Notes: generated by a model from the sequence alone, not told the origin. A stretch of 64,000 nucleotides of DNA from Marsupella aquatica (GCA_973895155.1 OZ316899.1:16457974-16521973), one strand, 5' to 3'; counted from the stretch's first letter, positions 24,452 to 38,905 are shown. A program made the numbers and translations.

Positions 24452-27400
24452 ACCTTGGGGGTCTCCAACACCACCAAAATTGGATTATCCTTGTGGGCCC
24501 ATCGTATGATACGATAGGGCCCCACATATCTAGGAGGCAGCTTCCTACTTATGTTCCCGTGGTATTGCTCAGGTCTCAACTGGAACCAGACGCTCTCCCC
24601 AATTTCAAAGCTTGCCTAGCGTCGATGTTTATCCCCTTGCTCCTTGTACCGACTTTGGGCAAGGGTCATACCCTTAGGCGTCGCTCTCGAATAAAATCAT
24701 CCGCAGAAGGAACCTTGCTTTCGTCTGCCAAGCTTTCGGATTTATAAACCAGGAGGGCGCCCTTGGCGTCCTTCTTGTGGCCAACATAAACGGCGCAAAC
24801 CCCGTCGCCGAATGCTTGGTCGAGTTATACCTAAACTCGGCCATTGTTAAGTGTTTTGCCCAATCCTTTTGATTGGCCATCACAAAGTGACGCAAGTAGT
24901 CCTCCACGATACCATTCACCTGTTCCGTTTGGCCATCTGTCTCATGATGATACGTTGATCCCCTAGTCAGGTCCAACCCGGATAACCGAACCAACGCCTT
25001 CCAAAAATGGCCTGTGAACTTGGTATTGCGATCGAACAGGATATGCAACGACAATCCCCATTGTCGGAAGACATTGTCAAACACTAGACCGGCAACCTCT
25101 CAGGCCAAAACCATTTTCGTAGTAGGCAAGAAATACGCCATCTTGGAAAAACGATCCACGGTTGTTAAGATGGAGTTACTGTCGTGGGACTCAGGTAACC
25201 CAACAATGAAGTCCATGGAGATAGACTCCCATGGAGCCGCAGCTACTGGTAAGGGTTGCAGAAGTCCTCCTTTTGCCCTATAGACCGTTTGGTTCTTTTG
25301 GCACAAGTAACAACTTTGCACGTGGCGAAGGACCAATTGCTTCATGTCCAGCCAATACACATCTTGCGACATGCTGCAATACGTAGCGGCTTGTCCTCCA
25401 TGCCCTCCCTAGGGCAAGTCGTGGTACTTTTGCAGGACCTCTAACCTTAGAGACTCTGGTATGTACACACGCCTTTGCTTGTATTGCCATACCTGAACAT
25501 TATGTGTCGTATCCAGCCCCAATGACACGTGCCTTACCCTGCCTTGGCTACCCCCATTGCTTTGCCATTCCTTAGCTAACCTGTCATCCTCATACGCTGC
25601 GGCCAGAACCTTTGGCCACTTGGATTTGAGCATCGTGATCCCATTGACACAATGATGGTCCTTACGCAATAACGCGTCAGCTGCCGTGTTTGTCTTCCCA
25701 GGAACGTGACTGACTTCAAAATCAAAATCCGCCAAGAACATATGCCAGCGCATTTCCTTGGGGTTGAGCCTTGGCTAAGAACTGAAGTACCCGGTCGACG
25801 AGCTATCTGTGTGGATTACCACTTTGGGACCGTTCTTAAGGTAAATCTCCCACTTCTTCAACGCATAGATCACAACATACATTTCCCTTTCCGGTGTGAT
25901 CCAATGATTTTCCAACTTACATGACTCGAAGGCCACAGGACGCCCATCTTGATGAAGACAGACGCCAATGGCATAATCACTTGCGTCTGTCCAAATTTCG
26001 AACGGCTTTCCCATCTCAGGTAACTTTAGAACCGGTGGCGTTAGCATTTAGCCACTTAAGTTCTAGGAATGCTAACTCGCAATCCTGTGTCCACACAAAC
26101 ACTTTGATTTTCAACGTTAGTGCGTTTAGGGGCCTCGTGATCCTTGCATAGTCTTTCATGTATCTCCTATAGAACCCCGTAAATCCTAAGAAGGCTCTAA
26201 CTTGCCTTACATTGGACGGGCGCTCCCATTCTTTGATCTCCTTAAGTTTGTCCTGACTAGGCGTAATCCCTTCCGGGGTAAAGGTATGGCCGAGGAACTG
26301 AATCTCGTTCATTGCAAACTCGCACTTGCTAGGTTTAGCAAAGAGACGAGCCTTACAAAGGCCAGAGAACACTTCTTTGAGCAACTGCTCATGTTCCTCC
26401 AACGTTTTTGAGTAGATTAGGATGTCGTCAATAAAGACGACCACTCCTTGGTCCAACAAGTCATGAAAGATGGTATTCATCATCTTCATGAACGTTGCGG
26501 TTGCATTACACAACCCGAATGGCATAACCAAAAACTCATAGGATCCGAATCTTGTGCGCATCGCGGTCTTATACTCGTCTCCCTTACCCATGCGGATCTA
26601 GTAATACCCAGACCGCAAGTCCACATTTGAAAACTTCCTAGCCCCGGAGAGGCAATTGAAGAGGTCATCCATATGAGGTAACGGGTACTTGTTGTTTACC
26701 GTCTGCTTATTGAGGGCCCGATAATCTGCGCACAATCTCAAAGTACCATCATTTTTGGACACAAACAATGCGGACTCTTACTAGGACGAATGAACCCTTG
26801 GTCAATCAGCTCTTCCAAGGCGTTCTTCAACATCATTCGTTCGTTCAAGTTCAAACGATAAGGAGCTTTAGCTTGAGGGGCCGAACCTGGCTCCAACTCA
26901 ACTTGGTGATCCACTTCTCTCCGCGGGGGTAAACCTTTAGGTAGCTTCTGCGAGAGCACATCATTGAATTCCTCTAAAATTTCAGGAATTCGACCGCTGT
27001 CGGGCCTGACCTTAGCTGACTTAACCTTTGGCTACAAAGCAGCCTCCTTAACTGGGAGGAGATGAAAGAAGAAACATTCATGTCCACCCTTGAAGTCTTT
27101 CCACCATTGCTTTGCCAATACACACGGAGACAACCACGACATTTTACTTACTTTGAGAAATCTTTATTTATTTTTGGTAACTTTGTGTACAACAATGGGC
27201 TCACCACCCTTAATGGGAAAATGGAGCACTTCACCCCCCGGTTTCAAGGTAACATTGTGCTTTTTGAGATAACCTACCAACAAAAATGAAGTCTACGGCT
27301 AGACCGTCTAGAACGTAGAACATCTCATGACGAACAAAATTTTGTTGTTCGCCTGTGACCCCTACTCAAAGTCTTTGCACTACTCTCGACACTAACCCGT

Positions 27401-29079
27401 TTGTGTTGTTGGCAAACTTGCACACTAACGGTTGTAGCAACTCTTTCACGTCCACCCCAAGACGTGCTACCACCTGCCCACTTATGAAGCAGGCGGTCAT
27501 GCCTGTATCCACCAAAGCAACACCCAGATTACCGTTAGAAGTGACATTCACAAAAGTCAAATTTTCAGGATCCATTGTCTTAACCTTAGGTATCTTCTCT
27601 CGCAACAACACCTTCTCTCCGGCAGGAACCTCCCTTATAGGGACCCTGTCAGCTACTAAGGGTTTGATTAGAGCGATACTTACCTTAATGCTCTTCTGCC
27701 CTCCACCATCTCCGCTTTGCTTGCCACCTTTCGTGGAACAATCCTTACTTTGATGGCCCATGGCACCACATGTGAAGCACAAACCTTTAGCCCGCCTCTG
27801 CTCCGTGAGTGCCTGCTTCTTTCCTGTCTGTGCCGATGAGGTTCCTTTCTTGAAATTGCCGGCCTTCCGGTTTTGCTTAGCTTCTCCATTCTGGGGCTGG
27901 GGATCTGAACCATCGTCCCCCGCCCCCTCAGGTTGCTTACGCTTATTCCAGGACCTTTTGCTTTCCCAGCTTCCCCCTCAGATCCCTTGCCACCCACCTT
28001 CGCCAAGTCCGGTCTGTTATTCACCAATGTAGTGGCCTTGTCGAAGGCGTCAGAAAGCGTTTTGAACTCATGATGCTTTTCCTATAACTTTTCCCTAAGC
28101 AACGGCGAGAGATTCTCTATAAAGTTGTGAAGCTATGTATATAGGGTCTCTTGTCCCACCTGGATACACGCCAACTGGTTCTGGTAATAAGTGATGAAAT
28201 TTTGGATATCACCCCTGAAGCTCATCTCCGTCACACATTTTTGAGCATGCCACTCCGGGTACTTAGTGGTGACATGAGCACGGAGTCCCTAACCAGGTTT
28301 TCCCGAGTTAATGGCAAGGAGGAGTCCTCTCGCGACTTCTTCCAAGACTTGTACCAAGTCAAGGCATAGTCCTTCAAGTAAGGAGCGGCTGCGGTAGCCC
28401 AAGTGGGACGCTCAACACACGCTTGGAGATGAATCTCCATTGTGGAGAGCCAACTCAGGAATTTTTGTCCACTCTACTCGTAGGCCACATCGTAAGTTGG
28501 AGGAGTTGGTAGCTAGTTCACTTGGAACATACTCCATCCAACTACCATTTCCCCCTTGGGACGCGTTGCACTCTGACTACCCAGACTAAGTAAGTATTTA
28601 ATCTGGGCCCCCTTGCTGTGTTCCAACTGTTCATAAATGAGTCGTTGGTCTTGAGTCAACGGACCCAGACTGTCGTCAGTGGCTGGGCCCTTGCGGGTTG
28701 TATGAGGACGGTCCTCCAACCGTCTTTCCTTTGCGGGTCGCCTGTCCTTAGGTTCTCTCGTGGATTTTGGTGACACCCCCGACGTCTTGCGAGCACCATG
28801 ACCTCCTGGGGCTGAGGCATCACCCTCATCGCCCTGGTTTTCCTTGGTCAGATTATCCATGATGACGTCCAGCTTGACGTCATTCTCTAGTTCCGTGTTC
28901 AACCCTCTCAAGGCTGGGATCAGTTCCTCTTCTGGGTCCTGATCGTCGTCCTTCGATTCGGCTTCAGCATCGTCGTCGCTTCCTTCTGCGTCGGAGTTGT
29001 CATTGTCCGATCCGTCCTCCAAAGGATCGGCCACCTCCTTCCCTTTAAGTTGACGGCGCTCTGCACTTGACGTTGTCAT
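24452..29079 (-). pseudogene. gag-pol: Family X gag-pol, many stops and frameshifts
   Basis: ORF track fragments 28513-29079, 27366-27782, 26016-26591, 25775-26047, 25100-25372, 24674-25084. Confidence 0.88.
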
Positions 29080-31610
29080 GAGGTTTCCATCCTAAAGGAG
29101 GAATCCTCATGTTTTGTGAAGGAAGTTGAAACCAATTTTGCTTCTAACTTGGGCAAGTTGACTTGACTTGAGCTAACTTGACCAAGGTGAAGGAGGAAGT
29201 AGAGTTATGAGGGTCAAGGTAGGGATGAGGTTGAGCCTACCCACCCTTGTTACTATTGTGGGGTATGTTTTTCATTTGTGACCAGCGATTAAGTTATCAT
29301 TTGGCGGATCGGCGGAATGGAGGTTGCTTGCCCGACAAGCAAGGTATTTAGGGTTTTGGCGACATGGTGACCAGGTTCATTGAATACATGGAGAAGGTGA
29401 CCAGGTTCAAGGCATGTAAGAGGGTTTGGACCAAGTGCATCAGTTTTGTGAAATTTGGACCAGATTCAGATTTTTGTGTTAATTGGACCAGATTCAATGT
29501 ATCTACTTCAACGGTGGATCTTGGTTTTGGTTAATGGATGGTTTGGATTGAAGGTGGAGATGTGAGTTAGGGCTTGGTGGAGGTCGTGGCTTTTTCAAAA
29601 AGGTCAAAGCTCTTTTGGTTTGCAAGTTACTAAGGAGGGGTTTTTTGGCTTATTTTTGGCCGTTTGATCTAATTGGTGTGAGATCGAGGGCTGTGATTCA
29701 ATGAGGATTAAAAACATAAGTGGAGGAGCTTGTGGGTGCCCTGGGCCTTCCCACGTGGATACTAAAGGAGGAAGTTCGAGTGGCCAAGGGTTCGGAGGTT
29801 AGATGTTGTTGAAGTGCTGCCGTTTTGCCGTTTTGGAGTGTTAAGTCCCATTTTTAGTTGTAGGAGCGAACCTCTTGAGGGGAGCTCGAGCATGAGGCAT
29901 GAGTGAAGGGGGAGCCCTCCTCCTTGGCCATGGCCTTAGGATTTTGAGGGTAGGAGATGTAGAGGCAATTTTGTGAAGAGATAGATGGAATAGAAGCTTT
30001 GAATGTGAAGAGATTGAGTTTTGTGACGGTTTTTCTAGGGATTTGGAGAGAGGTTTCGAATGTAGGAGAGGCTGACTCGAAGCCTTAGGAAGGAGGTAGG
30101 ATGTGAGTAGGAAGTATAAGGAGCTTGCATGAGAGATTGCCCACAAGAAGGCATACTCAAATGTAAGTTTGTTGCTTCAAGTTTTGAGGAGAATGGACTT
30201 GTAGGAGATTTTTGAAAGCTTAGAGGAGATGAGACCTAATCTTGTTGAAGCTTGGGAGTCTTGCATTAGAGATGGCTCACTGAGAAGGACTACTCTCTTG
30301 TAAACTCCTTGACTTGAAGCTTCGAAAGTAGATTTGGTTGATAGAAGGAAGTATGAGAGAAGGAGACTAGGGTTTTGAAGCTTGGATAGGCTATGGAGGG
30401 ATTTTGAATGCTTGGTTGATGATTAGACTTGGTGATGATTCATTTTTGCTAGGAGGGTCTTGCTTGTGACCCATGTTTTTACTTGGAGGCCATGATGCTA
30501 CATGTGTCTTCTTGCTATGCATTTAGAGGAGAGGTATCCTCGTTTTTGAGATGTGTGTTGATGCCTTGCTTTGGCTATGAATGATGGAATGGTTAGAATG
30601 AATGTCTTCATGCCATTTTCGAATGTTGTTGTGAGCTTGAAGGTGTTTTTGAAAGTAGATGGGTTGAATGAAGGTACTTTCGAAAGTAGTTATTATGCAT
30701 GAGGGAAGTTGCAAGAGTAAAGAGTGAAGGCATTTTCGATTGATGGATTGGGTTGTTTGTGGATTATACTTGGTGGTTCTACTAGAGGAAGGGACTAAGG
30801 TCAATTCCATGTTTGTTAAGGAGTTTGTTGACCAACCCTAGGTCACTTTTCGAAAGTAGTTTCCCATGTTTTGAAAGTTGGATGTTTGAATGGTGCATAG
30901 AGATGCCTTGCATACCTTTGGATGTCCCACTTGTCTTAGCCACAACCAAGAGTGACCCTTAACTTGACCACATTGAATGTACACTTGAACTTGTGTACCT
31001 TAGAAGGTTGCAAGGGATTGTGTGCAATCAAGTGTTGGAAAAGGAATGGTGACCAATTGAATGTTGGGCTTAGACTTGTGAGGATTACATTGGGAAGCTT
31101 GAACCAGTTATTTTGATTGTGATTGGATATGAGTATGTAAATGGCTTGAGTTTCGAAAGCATGCATGCTTGCTTGCTTGTGATGATGTGGATGAAAGGAA
31201 GTGCTTAGGGTCTACTTTATCTTGTTTGCAACCGTTTCCTATCTCAAGCAGCCATACACCCTGCGTGTCCCTTGATCCTCTTTTCCCACCTCTTTGCTTA
31301 TCCTCAGGACAATGTGTTCACCGCAGCAGTCGACGGTTTGGCCATTGCGTCTTCTTCATCCTGCTTGTAACATTTGTCTAGGGAAGTCAACTTGTCCTCC
31401 TTCTGTTCATCTTGAACTTAAGCTCTCCCCTTGGTGGGGGGAGCCTGTTTGCCACTCTTTGATCGAGTGTTTTTAGCCATGTTCCCAGCGGCCAAATCTG
31501 CCCGCAGTCGACCTGCCAGGCACGTTGAAGCACTAAGTCCCTGCAAAATCCGTTAAGATTTTTGGATTCTAACTTAGCCCAACCCCGGCCCGGTGTCTAT
31601 GCCAGCAATC

Positions 31611-31622
31611 GCTCTGATACCA
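31611..31622 (-). promoter_or_regulatory. tRNA-iMet primer-binding site of family X element
   Basis: GCTCTGATACCA on + strand, 4 nt from the LTR end (...CCACCA). Confidence 0.9.
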
Positions 31623-34600
31623 CAAGTGGTGGACCTTGCCACCCAACACCCTCACCAATCCCAGCACTCGCGCCTAAGTGCCCCTGGTGCCCTGAATGCC
31701 TCCACGGAATACCTCGAGCAAGCACCCTAGTGCCCCTTGCACCGCCAACGGTTCCTCCCATACGAAGTCGCACTTGCTCACCTACACGACCGCTACTCAA
31801 TGGTCCTCACTGTCTGCACAAGCAACCAACCACCTCGGTAAGTAACCCCTCAGGATCTAGAACTCGCCAAGTCTAGCATCCTAACTCAACCTCAACAGAC
31901 GTTGGTAAATAGGTCAGCGATAGGTCCTCCCGATGCCATAAGCCAGAACCAGAACCCACGCCCATTGTCCGTCCAGGGGCACGGCCCGGGTTCCCCCTCA
32001 TACCTATACATCACCAACTGACCGCTCTGACCTCAGGACATGCTCATGGCCCAATTAGCGTAGCTTGTCCTAAAGCTTGTCCCAACACATCGGGACCAAA
32101 CTGGTCCCAATTCTAGCAACCAACTCCCAGGTTGCCTCACTAATGGTCCAGAGGCCGGACACTCTTGGGACTCAACCTCCTCACCTACTTGGCCTTGCCT
32201 CCCCAACGAAAACTCCCTTGGGAGACTGAACGCGGCTTGGTTGTTGTTCGGCAGGATTTGGCAAGCGGGCGAGTCAACACCCGCAAACCCCGAGAACCCA
32301 TGGCACCCCTAGACCCAGCTGAGCTCGAGAGCTTTCCAATGCATCCAAGATATCCGTTGTCCTCCAACGGACTTCCTGTTGGGAAGATATCGCCGTTTCC
32401 GTTTGGCGGTTTCCCTTAGTGTCGCGACCGTCGCGGCTCACAACTTTGGCTCGGCCTTAGCCCCCAGGGAGACACCACTGCCCTCATATATGCTTCTAGA
32501 GACCTGCCACCCCGGACCACCTTTGGTCCCTAAACATTTGACCCCCAACCCGGAACCTATCGCGCCTAATGGGCGCGCCATCAACTGGTAACACCCATAA
32601 CTTTCTCGTTAGGCATCCGCAAGCGGAGTGCCTTAGCCCGTTGTGATCGGGCCGACCCAGTGCTCATGCCTAGGCCCTCAGGTCTGATTGCCGCTCGGGG
32701 CCTCGACTGGCCCAACCCGTATCGGGCCACAACTTGCGCCCCAAGCGTTCGTTGCCCATGGCGTCAACTCCATTGGCCTTGGGCCCAAGAGGAGCTCACA
32801 CTCAAGTCCTCAGAACTCAAAGTGCATCCAGGGGTCCGGACGGCCATCCTTGAGCCCGGCCAATTTCCCCTTGACCCGACCAGCTATCAGCTAGTCCAAG
32901 TCCTTAGTGTGTGTCCCTAGCTTGGCTCCTGCCTCGCTGTGGACCGGCTCAATATAGGGTATGTAAGGAACTTGTCAATTTTTTTGTTGTTTGTACAAGG
33001 AATAGTAAGAAAGTTGTTGTAGTGTTAGCAAAGTACTTAGGGTTTGCAACCCTAAGTCACTAGGGAAGGCTAGTAGGAAATCATGGAAGGGAGAAAATGT
33101 GTTGTTCTAAGCAAATGTAAAGGGATAAGTAATGTGATTTTGGTAGGCAGCAAATGTTCCACCCTTAGTTAGGATAGGCGACTAAGTCGGGACCGGAAAA
33201 TGACCCGACACCTGACATCTTATTTTTGGCTGATATTTCTCCCATGGGTGCTGGGAGGTCCCTAGGGAACCCTGAAAAAGTATGAAGTCAAGTGGGGTCT
33301 CAACCTAGGAGTTGTGAGTATTTTGACAGAAATTAAAATAACCAACTAGCGGGCCCCGGAGAAAATAGCCAAGGGGTAAATTTTGTGGGTTCGAGGTTAT
33401 AATTGAGTTTAGTATAGACCATAATATCCCTGGATTGTCTCAGAAATAATTTGTCACCTTTTGTTATTTTTTGGGAACACCTCAAAGATTGGGAATAGCA
33501 ATGCGCTTTAATAGATATGGTCAAACTTATGTATTTTTAGAAAAGTCGTTATGGAGTGTTTAGAGAGTTTGATAAATTTAGGAGTGAGTCCTATGTCCAA
33601 GGATTCCAGAAATCTGCTCAGAAGTACTTTTGGACATTTGAGTGAATTATGGCATGGCCTTCAAGAGGGGCCAGTATAACTGTTTCTCCTGAGAGGAAAA
33701 CGAAAATTTTCTAAGTGTCAAAACGCGTCGACGCGGCTGCGACCAGACTAGCACGAGGTCAGGCAAGCACGACATGGGCAGGAATGCACGAGGTGGGCTA
33801 ATTGAAGGGCTGGTGCTCATCAAAATAGGCCACTCTTGATCTGAATAGGCAGGTGCAGGATTGAATTGAGCTAGCTGCTGCTGAGAAGGACTTGACCCAG
33901 CTGCTACTGTGAAATTGAATTGTGAGCTATGGCTGCTGATTGGAATAGGGAGGCTGGCTTTGAATTGGGAAGGTTGCTTGCTGCTATGGCAACGGCACAA
34001 TAGATTAGAGGTGCTGCTATTAATCAGGCATGAGATGCTCACGAGAATTGGCTGGCTGCTGCCTTGATGCTGCTGAATTGATGGATGCTGCTGCTAGCTG
34101 CGAAATTGCAGAGGTGGGCAGCTACGAAATTGAGGAGAGAGACCTGCTTGGCTAAGTGATTGGAATAGAGCTAGTTGTTGAGAAGGAATCAAGCTATGGC
34201 TGCTGCTGTGCTTCGAATCTGCTGCTATGCTTCGAATCTACTGTTGTGCTGTTGTGTTGCAAGCTGCGAATTGGTGGGCTATGGCTGCTGCAAAATTCTG
34301 CTGCGATTTTGAATCACTTGCAAGACTGGATGGCTATGGAGGTGGACTGAGAAGGGTGTTGTAGACTTGGCTGAGCTATCAATTGACCTGTTGTCATTTG
34401 ATCCAATAGAGAATGCTGCCGTTTCAGATTGAATTCAAGAGAGAGGAAAATGCTGCAAAAATTGGTGTCCTTATCAATCTTCTTCATAAGAAATATGAGT
34501 ATACTGAGAGTACTCTCCCCTCATGACACGTGGAATCCCCATAAGGGGCGTATAAGGTTCAAGTGTAATCGGGTCGCCGCTTACACCCGCTTTACACCAA

Positions 34601-37048
34601 AAATAGGCCTTGGGAGAATGGGCATAACTTTGGCTAGGGGTATCCGTTGGGGCCCAAATGTTTTTGTGCTGAGTTAGGGGAAGGTAAGGCACCCCTTGGT
34701 GAAGGTGGAAACCCAGAAAAATAATCACTCAAATATATTTTTAGCGGAGGCCACGAGGGGGTCCCCATAGCTTGCAAACGGGAGTTGGCATGGGGGAAGT
34801 AAGACCAGGTTTTTAGGCTGACACTTCTTGCACCCGTGTCACCCAAGTTAGGATACATGGAGAAGAGCGTACCTCAGGGTAAAGGTGCAAGGCCGTTAGG
34901 GTAAGGAAAGTAAGTTGATAGGTCGGGGTAGTAAGTAAGAACTAGTAAATAAGGAGCCAACTTTGACATGACACAACTTGAGACTCACTCACTCTTTTTG
35001 CGAGCTTTCAAGTGGGTTGGGAAGCTGGTGAGGAGGACCATAAGTGAGAGCAGGTTTGGAGGTCAAAGCATGCAACTCATGTGTGGCATATTCCAGGGCT
35101 TGGAAGGAGTCAAGCAATAGGTTGTAGAGTGAGCTACAAACTATAGAGTTGGACTTTGTGTGTTAGGAGGAATTGGGGGAGGAGTAGTTGGACCCCAGGT
35201 CAAGCTTGGTGTGGTGTGAAAGGAGAATAGTATATAAGGAGAAAGTTTTCCTTTGTTAGGGACCGGGAGTCTCATCTCTTAAGTGGAATCTCTACCTTGC
35301 CAAGGTAGGGCTAAGCTTGAGAAAGGAGAGGTGGTCCATGTTTAGTGTGGAGAATGTGTAGTGAACTTTTGTTGTAAAGGTGATACAATAAAAGGAGACT
35401 TGCCAATCTTCATTGTGACCATTAAGTGTGAGTGCATTTGAAGCATATGAGAGCAAGAGAAGAGTCCATGCTATGATGTAATCTTGGTCTAAGCTTGAAG
35501 GGGATGTGCTAGTACAAAACCAAGGCCAAGAGGCAAGGTTAAGGTAGAGCACTACTTTGAGACTTAGAGAGGATTATAGCTTGAGGGTGGAAAGTATTTT
35601 GCTTGGTGTGTGGTGTTAACAAGAAGTAAGAACAAGAGGAAGAGTCCTTAGATAGAGGAGCCTTCTCTAGAGCTCAAAGGGGATGTGTGGACCCAAACCA
35701 AGGCCAGGGGGGCAAGGTTGAGGGGTAACACTACTTTGAGGGTCTTGAGGAGACTTAAGCTTGAAGAGGAAAGTACTTTGGTTCTTGGGTGTTTGTGTGA
35801 GACTCTTCTCTAAGGTGACAGCTTGGAGCGGAGATCCCCCTTGCTGATCCTTGGAGTAGAGGAGAGGGGAAGGGTGCGAGTACAAAAGTAGTCAAGGGGA
35901 CTACCTCTCTAGAAGTGCAGAGTTGAAACTACTTATGTGTCACTTGCCTCTCCAACGGTTAATACGTGCAAACCGCACTTTTCTTCGCTTAAACCGTTGG
36001 TATCGTATTACGGGGTCGTGGAGGGACGCTATTTGGATTCTTTTCACACCAGGATGAGTATTTTGGTTTCCGCTCCCGGAAATGTAGGTTTTGATCAAGT
36101 CTACCGACTACCCTCACCCCACAGCTTTTGATCAAGTCCTGCCGACTACCCCACTACACCTTCACTCGGAGTCACCCAAAGAGTGCTGTCACCACCCCTA
36201 CTCACAAGGCCGACTCAAACCAAGCAAGTTTCTTCAAATCATAGAACGGGAGAACACAATTCGGAAAGCGAAAAAGGGAGAAGGAACACACAACAAAAGC
36301 CCATCAAGTCAAATGTACAGATCCATATCTCTTGGGAAAAACGATACACATTGCATGAGTAACCCGGCCTCCTGCCGTCTACTCAACTCCTGCCTCTCCG
36401 GACAATGAGTATGGCTCCCCCTCACTACTCTGAACACGCTTTCAAACTCCTCAGGCTCCACTCTATCCCTCCTTGCTAACTTCACACTGAGTCCCCCTAA
36501 CTACTTCGGGGCTATCCCCCTAAATACTGAAAAATCACACCAAAGCACCCCTCACAGGGTCACAACGGTGGCGGCTACCCTAGCGGCGCCGCTAAAACCT
36601 TGCACTAAGAGAAATCCTTAAACTGAAGAGGAGCATGCGGCACACACATGCTGCTAAAACCCTAAACCCAAAACAAGGGGGCCGACGGTGCCTTCGACGG
36701 CGCCCCAACAGTACACGTGAACCCTGAAAGTGAGAGGCACCCCAAAATGGCCGAAACTAGGTGCCCTTCCAAGTGCACACCTGAGCTCACCCCTGGATAG
36801 CTCTTCTTTTCCTGCTTCCGAATCACTAAGTCGCTCCCTCAACGGACTTCAGACGCCTGAGTTATGGCCGTTTCCGTACCGCAAAAACATAAGTTCTCCA
36901 GGCCATAACTTGCTCATCCTGGCTCCGTTTGAGGAGCGCCGCCTCTTGTTGGAATCAGCTCCGCGAGCTCATCCCAACAAGCCCATGAGTGACCCCCCAC
37001 TAAAATGTTGGAAATCTGGAGGCCGTACACCCACGTCCGTACGCCTAT

Positions 37049-38905
37049 CTAATCCTCCTCTTCTTCTTCGCTCTCGGTGCCCGGACTTGTGCCCCGTGAG
37101 TGGTCCTCCTCCTCATCACTCACGGGAGTGAGTGCCACCGTACTTTTCTTCTTCTTCGACGGAGTACTCTTAGTGCTGCTGCTCCCGCGCTTCCTCAAAG
37201 CAGCCAAGGCCTGCCACGCCTTGATGTACCCCTCACCAATTGTGTCCTTCCAGAGGGTAGCCTCTTCTCCGGACCGCAACTCCAACGGTAGAACTTGCCC
37301 CGTGGCCATGGGAGTCCCGGGGGTGACAGACCTGGGTGGCATCCCCGTACTGACCTGAGCCTCCCGTAACGATTTCCGTACCTCCCGGAGCTTCTTCTCC
37401 AAGCTCTTACTCTTCTCCTGACTCTTCTTGGCTCCATCCAACAAGGGTCCATACTTCCCACTAACCTCCTTCACCACCATCTCGATAGCTTGGGAGATCA
37501 CATCCGGGGAAAGTGTGGAGCCAGGTGTGCCGGGACTCTTCCGTTTCCCTAGACTCAGGGCCTCACTTCTCTTCGCTCGTGTCTCAAAGGCTGCCACCTG
37601 ACTCCGTAGTGCTCCCACCTGGTTCCTCCACTCCATCACTTCTCCAGAATTTTGCTTCTCTTTGGCCAATGCTTGCCTCAACGCTCCTACTTCTTCTGCT
37701 TCCTTGGCCTTGGTGGACAAAGCTCCCTTCAAGTTGGTGATCTCTACGTGAGCTGCATTGATGTGCCTGACCTTCTCATGAATGGTCTGCTCCTTGGTCT
37801 TGATCACCTCCTTCAGTGACAGGATGCTCTGCTCTAACGTCTCTACTTTGACTGTGGCGTGCTTGAGAGACTCCCTCAATGCGTGGACTAGCTTGAGTCC
37901 CTCGTGGACTCCCTCTCTGAAATCCCGTAGCTCTACCAAGTAAACATCCGGAATGTTGTATTCCAGAGGCTGTTTCGGATCTCCCACGAGTGATTCAAGC
38001 CACTCCAATGTGCAATCATCCTCCTGGTTCTCTTCTTCTCTATTATCCTCCCCACCAGCAGACAATGATTCCTCCGTGAGCTTCCCTAAAACGGTAGTGG
38101 CAATACTCCGGATCTCCGTGGTGAGAGATGATCCCGTGTCTTCATGCCCCGGAGAACCAATCAACCCTTCTGCCCTGGCCAATACAAATGACCCCATCAA
38201 ATGTACAGCCCCACCTGGTTTCACACTCCCGGGCTCAGCGGCCAATAGCTTCTTCAATCCGTAGCACCACCATCCGTACACATGGGCTGGGTAGTTCTTG
38301 ATGTCCATAGCTACCACGAAATGCTCCTCATTCAGCACTCCGGATTGCACGTTGCCAAGAACCCGTTGATGCACCTTGGCCAGGAAGCCCTTATACTCAA
38401 CATCCTTGACAGCAGAAAGAGGGATGGCGGTGGTGGAGGTAGGATTGGTCACCCAAGTGGCCACCATTTTCAACGTGAGTTCTCCCCTGATATTCCGAGG
38501 TGTGAATGAGAATTTCTGATTCTCAAGAAACAATAGCTTAGCCAACTCCACATGGGGCACTACACGTTTGAGACATTCAAAGTAGATTCCCTCCGTTCGG
38601 AACTCCATCCCGGCCTCAATGTCCCAGCTCTTCCCTGAAGGGATGGTAATCTCCACCTTCATGAATTCTGTAAGCCCGGTGGCTTGGAAAATGTTCCGAC
38701 AATCCTCCATCACCTTGGTGGAGGTCTTGGGATAAATTCGACGAAAAATCTTCCTACCCACCGGTGAGGAACCCGCTGCCAATCCCGTGCTCATCATAAC
38801 TTCTCTCTCTTCCCTTTCCCGTGTAATCCGAGTCTCCACGTAGTCACGGTAAGCAGCCTTGTATCTCCGAATGCGTGACGCACTAAACTCTGGTTGATCT
38901 AGCAT
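37049..38905 (-). CDS. LTR-encoded 618-aa accessory protein (3' LTR copy): globular N-half, acidic linker, coiled coil, basic NLS-like motifs, acidic tail
   Basis: Long open frame in the same sense as gag-pol; heptad-rich segment (aa ~340-440), GKRKSP and SKKKKS motifs; wholly within the LTR. Confidence 0.88.
   Translation of the reverse strand: MLDQPEFSASRIRRYKAAYRDYVETRITREREEREVMMSTGLAAGSSPVGRKIFRRIYPKTSTKVMEDCRNIFQATGLTEFMKVEITIPSGKSWDIEAGMEFRTEGIYFECLKRVVPHVELAKLLFLENQKFSFTPRNIRGELTLKMVATWVTNPTSTTAIPLSAVKDVEYKGFLAKVHQRVLGNVQSGVLNEEHFVVAMDIKNYPAHVYGWWCYGLKKLLAAEPGSVKPGGAVHLMGSFVLARAEGLIGSPGHEDTGSSLTTEIRSIATTVLGKLTEESLSAGGEDNREEENQEDDCTLEWLESLVGDPKQPLEYNIPDVYLVELRDFREGVHEGLKLVHALRESLKHATVKVETLEQSILSLKEVIKTKEQTIHEKVRHINAAHVEITNLKGALSTKAKEAEEVGALRQALAKEKQNSGEVMEWRNQVGALRSQVAAFETRAKRSEALSLGKRKSPGTPGSTLSPDVISQAIEMVVKEVSGKYGPLLDGAKKSQEKSKSLEKKLREVRKSLREAQVSTGMPPRSVTPGTPMATGQVLPLELRSGEEATLWKDTIGEGYIKAWQALAALRKRGSSSTKSTPSKKKKSTVALTPVSDEEEDHSRGTSPGTESEEEEED

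Noticed and set aside
37049-38905. 618-aa ORF as a retroviral envelope
   Set aside because: No evident signal peptide, transmembrane anchor or Cys-rich ectodomain.
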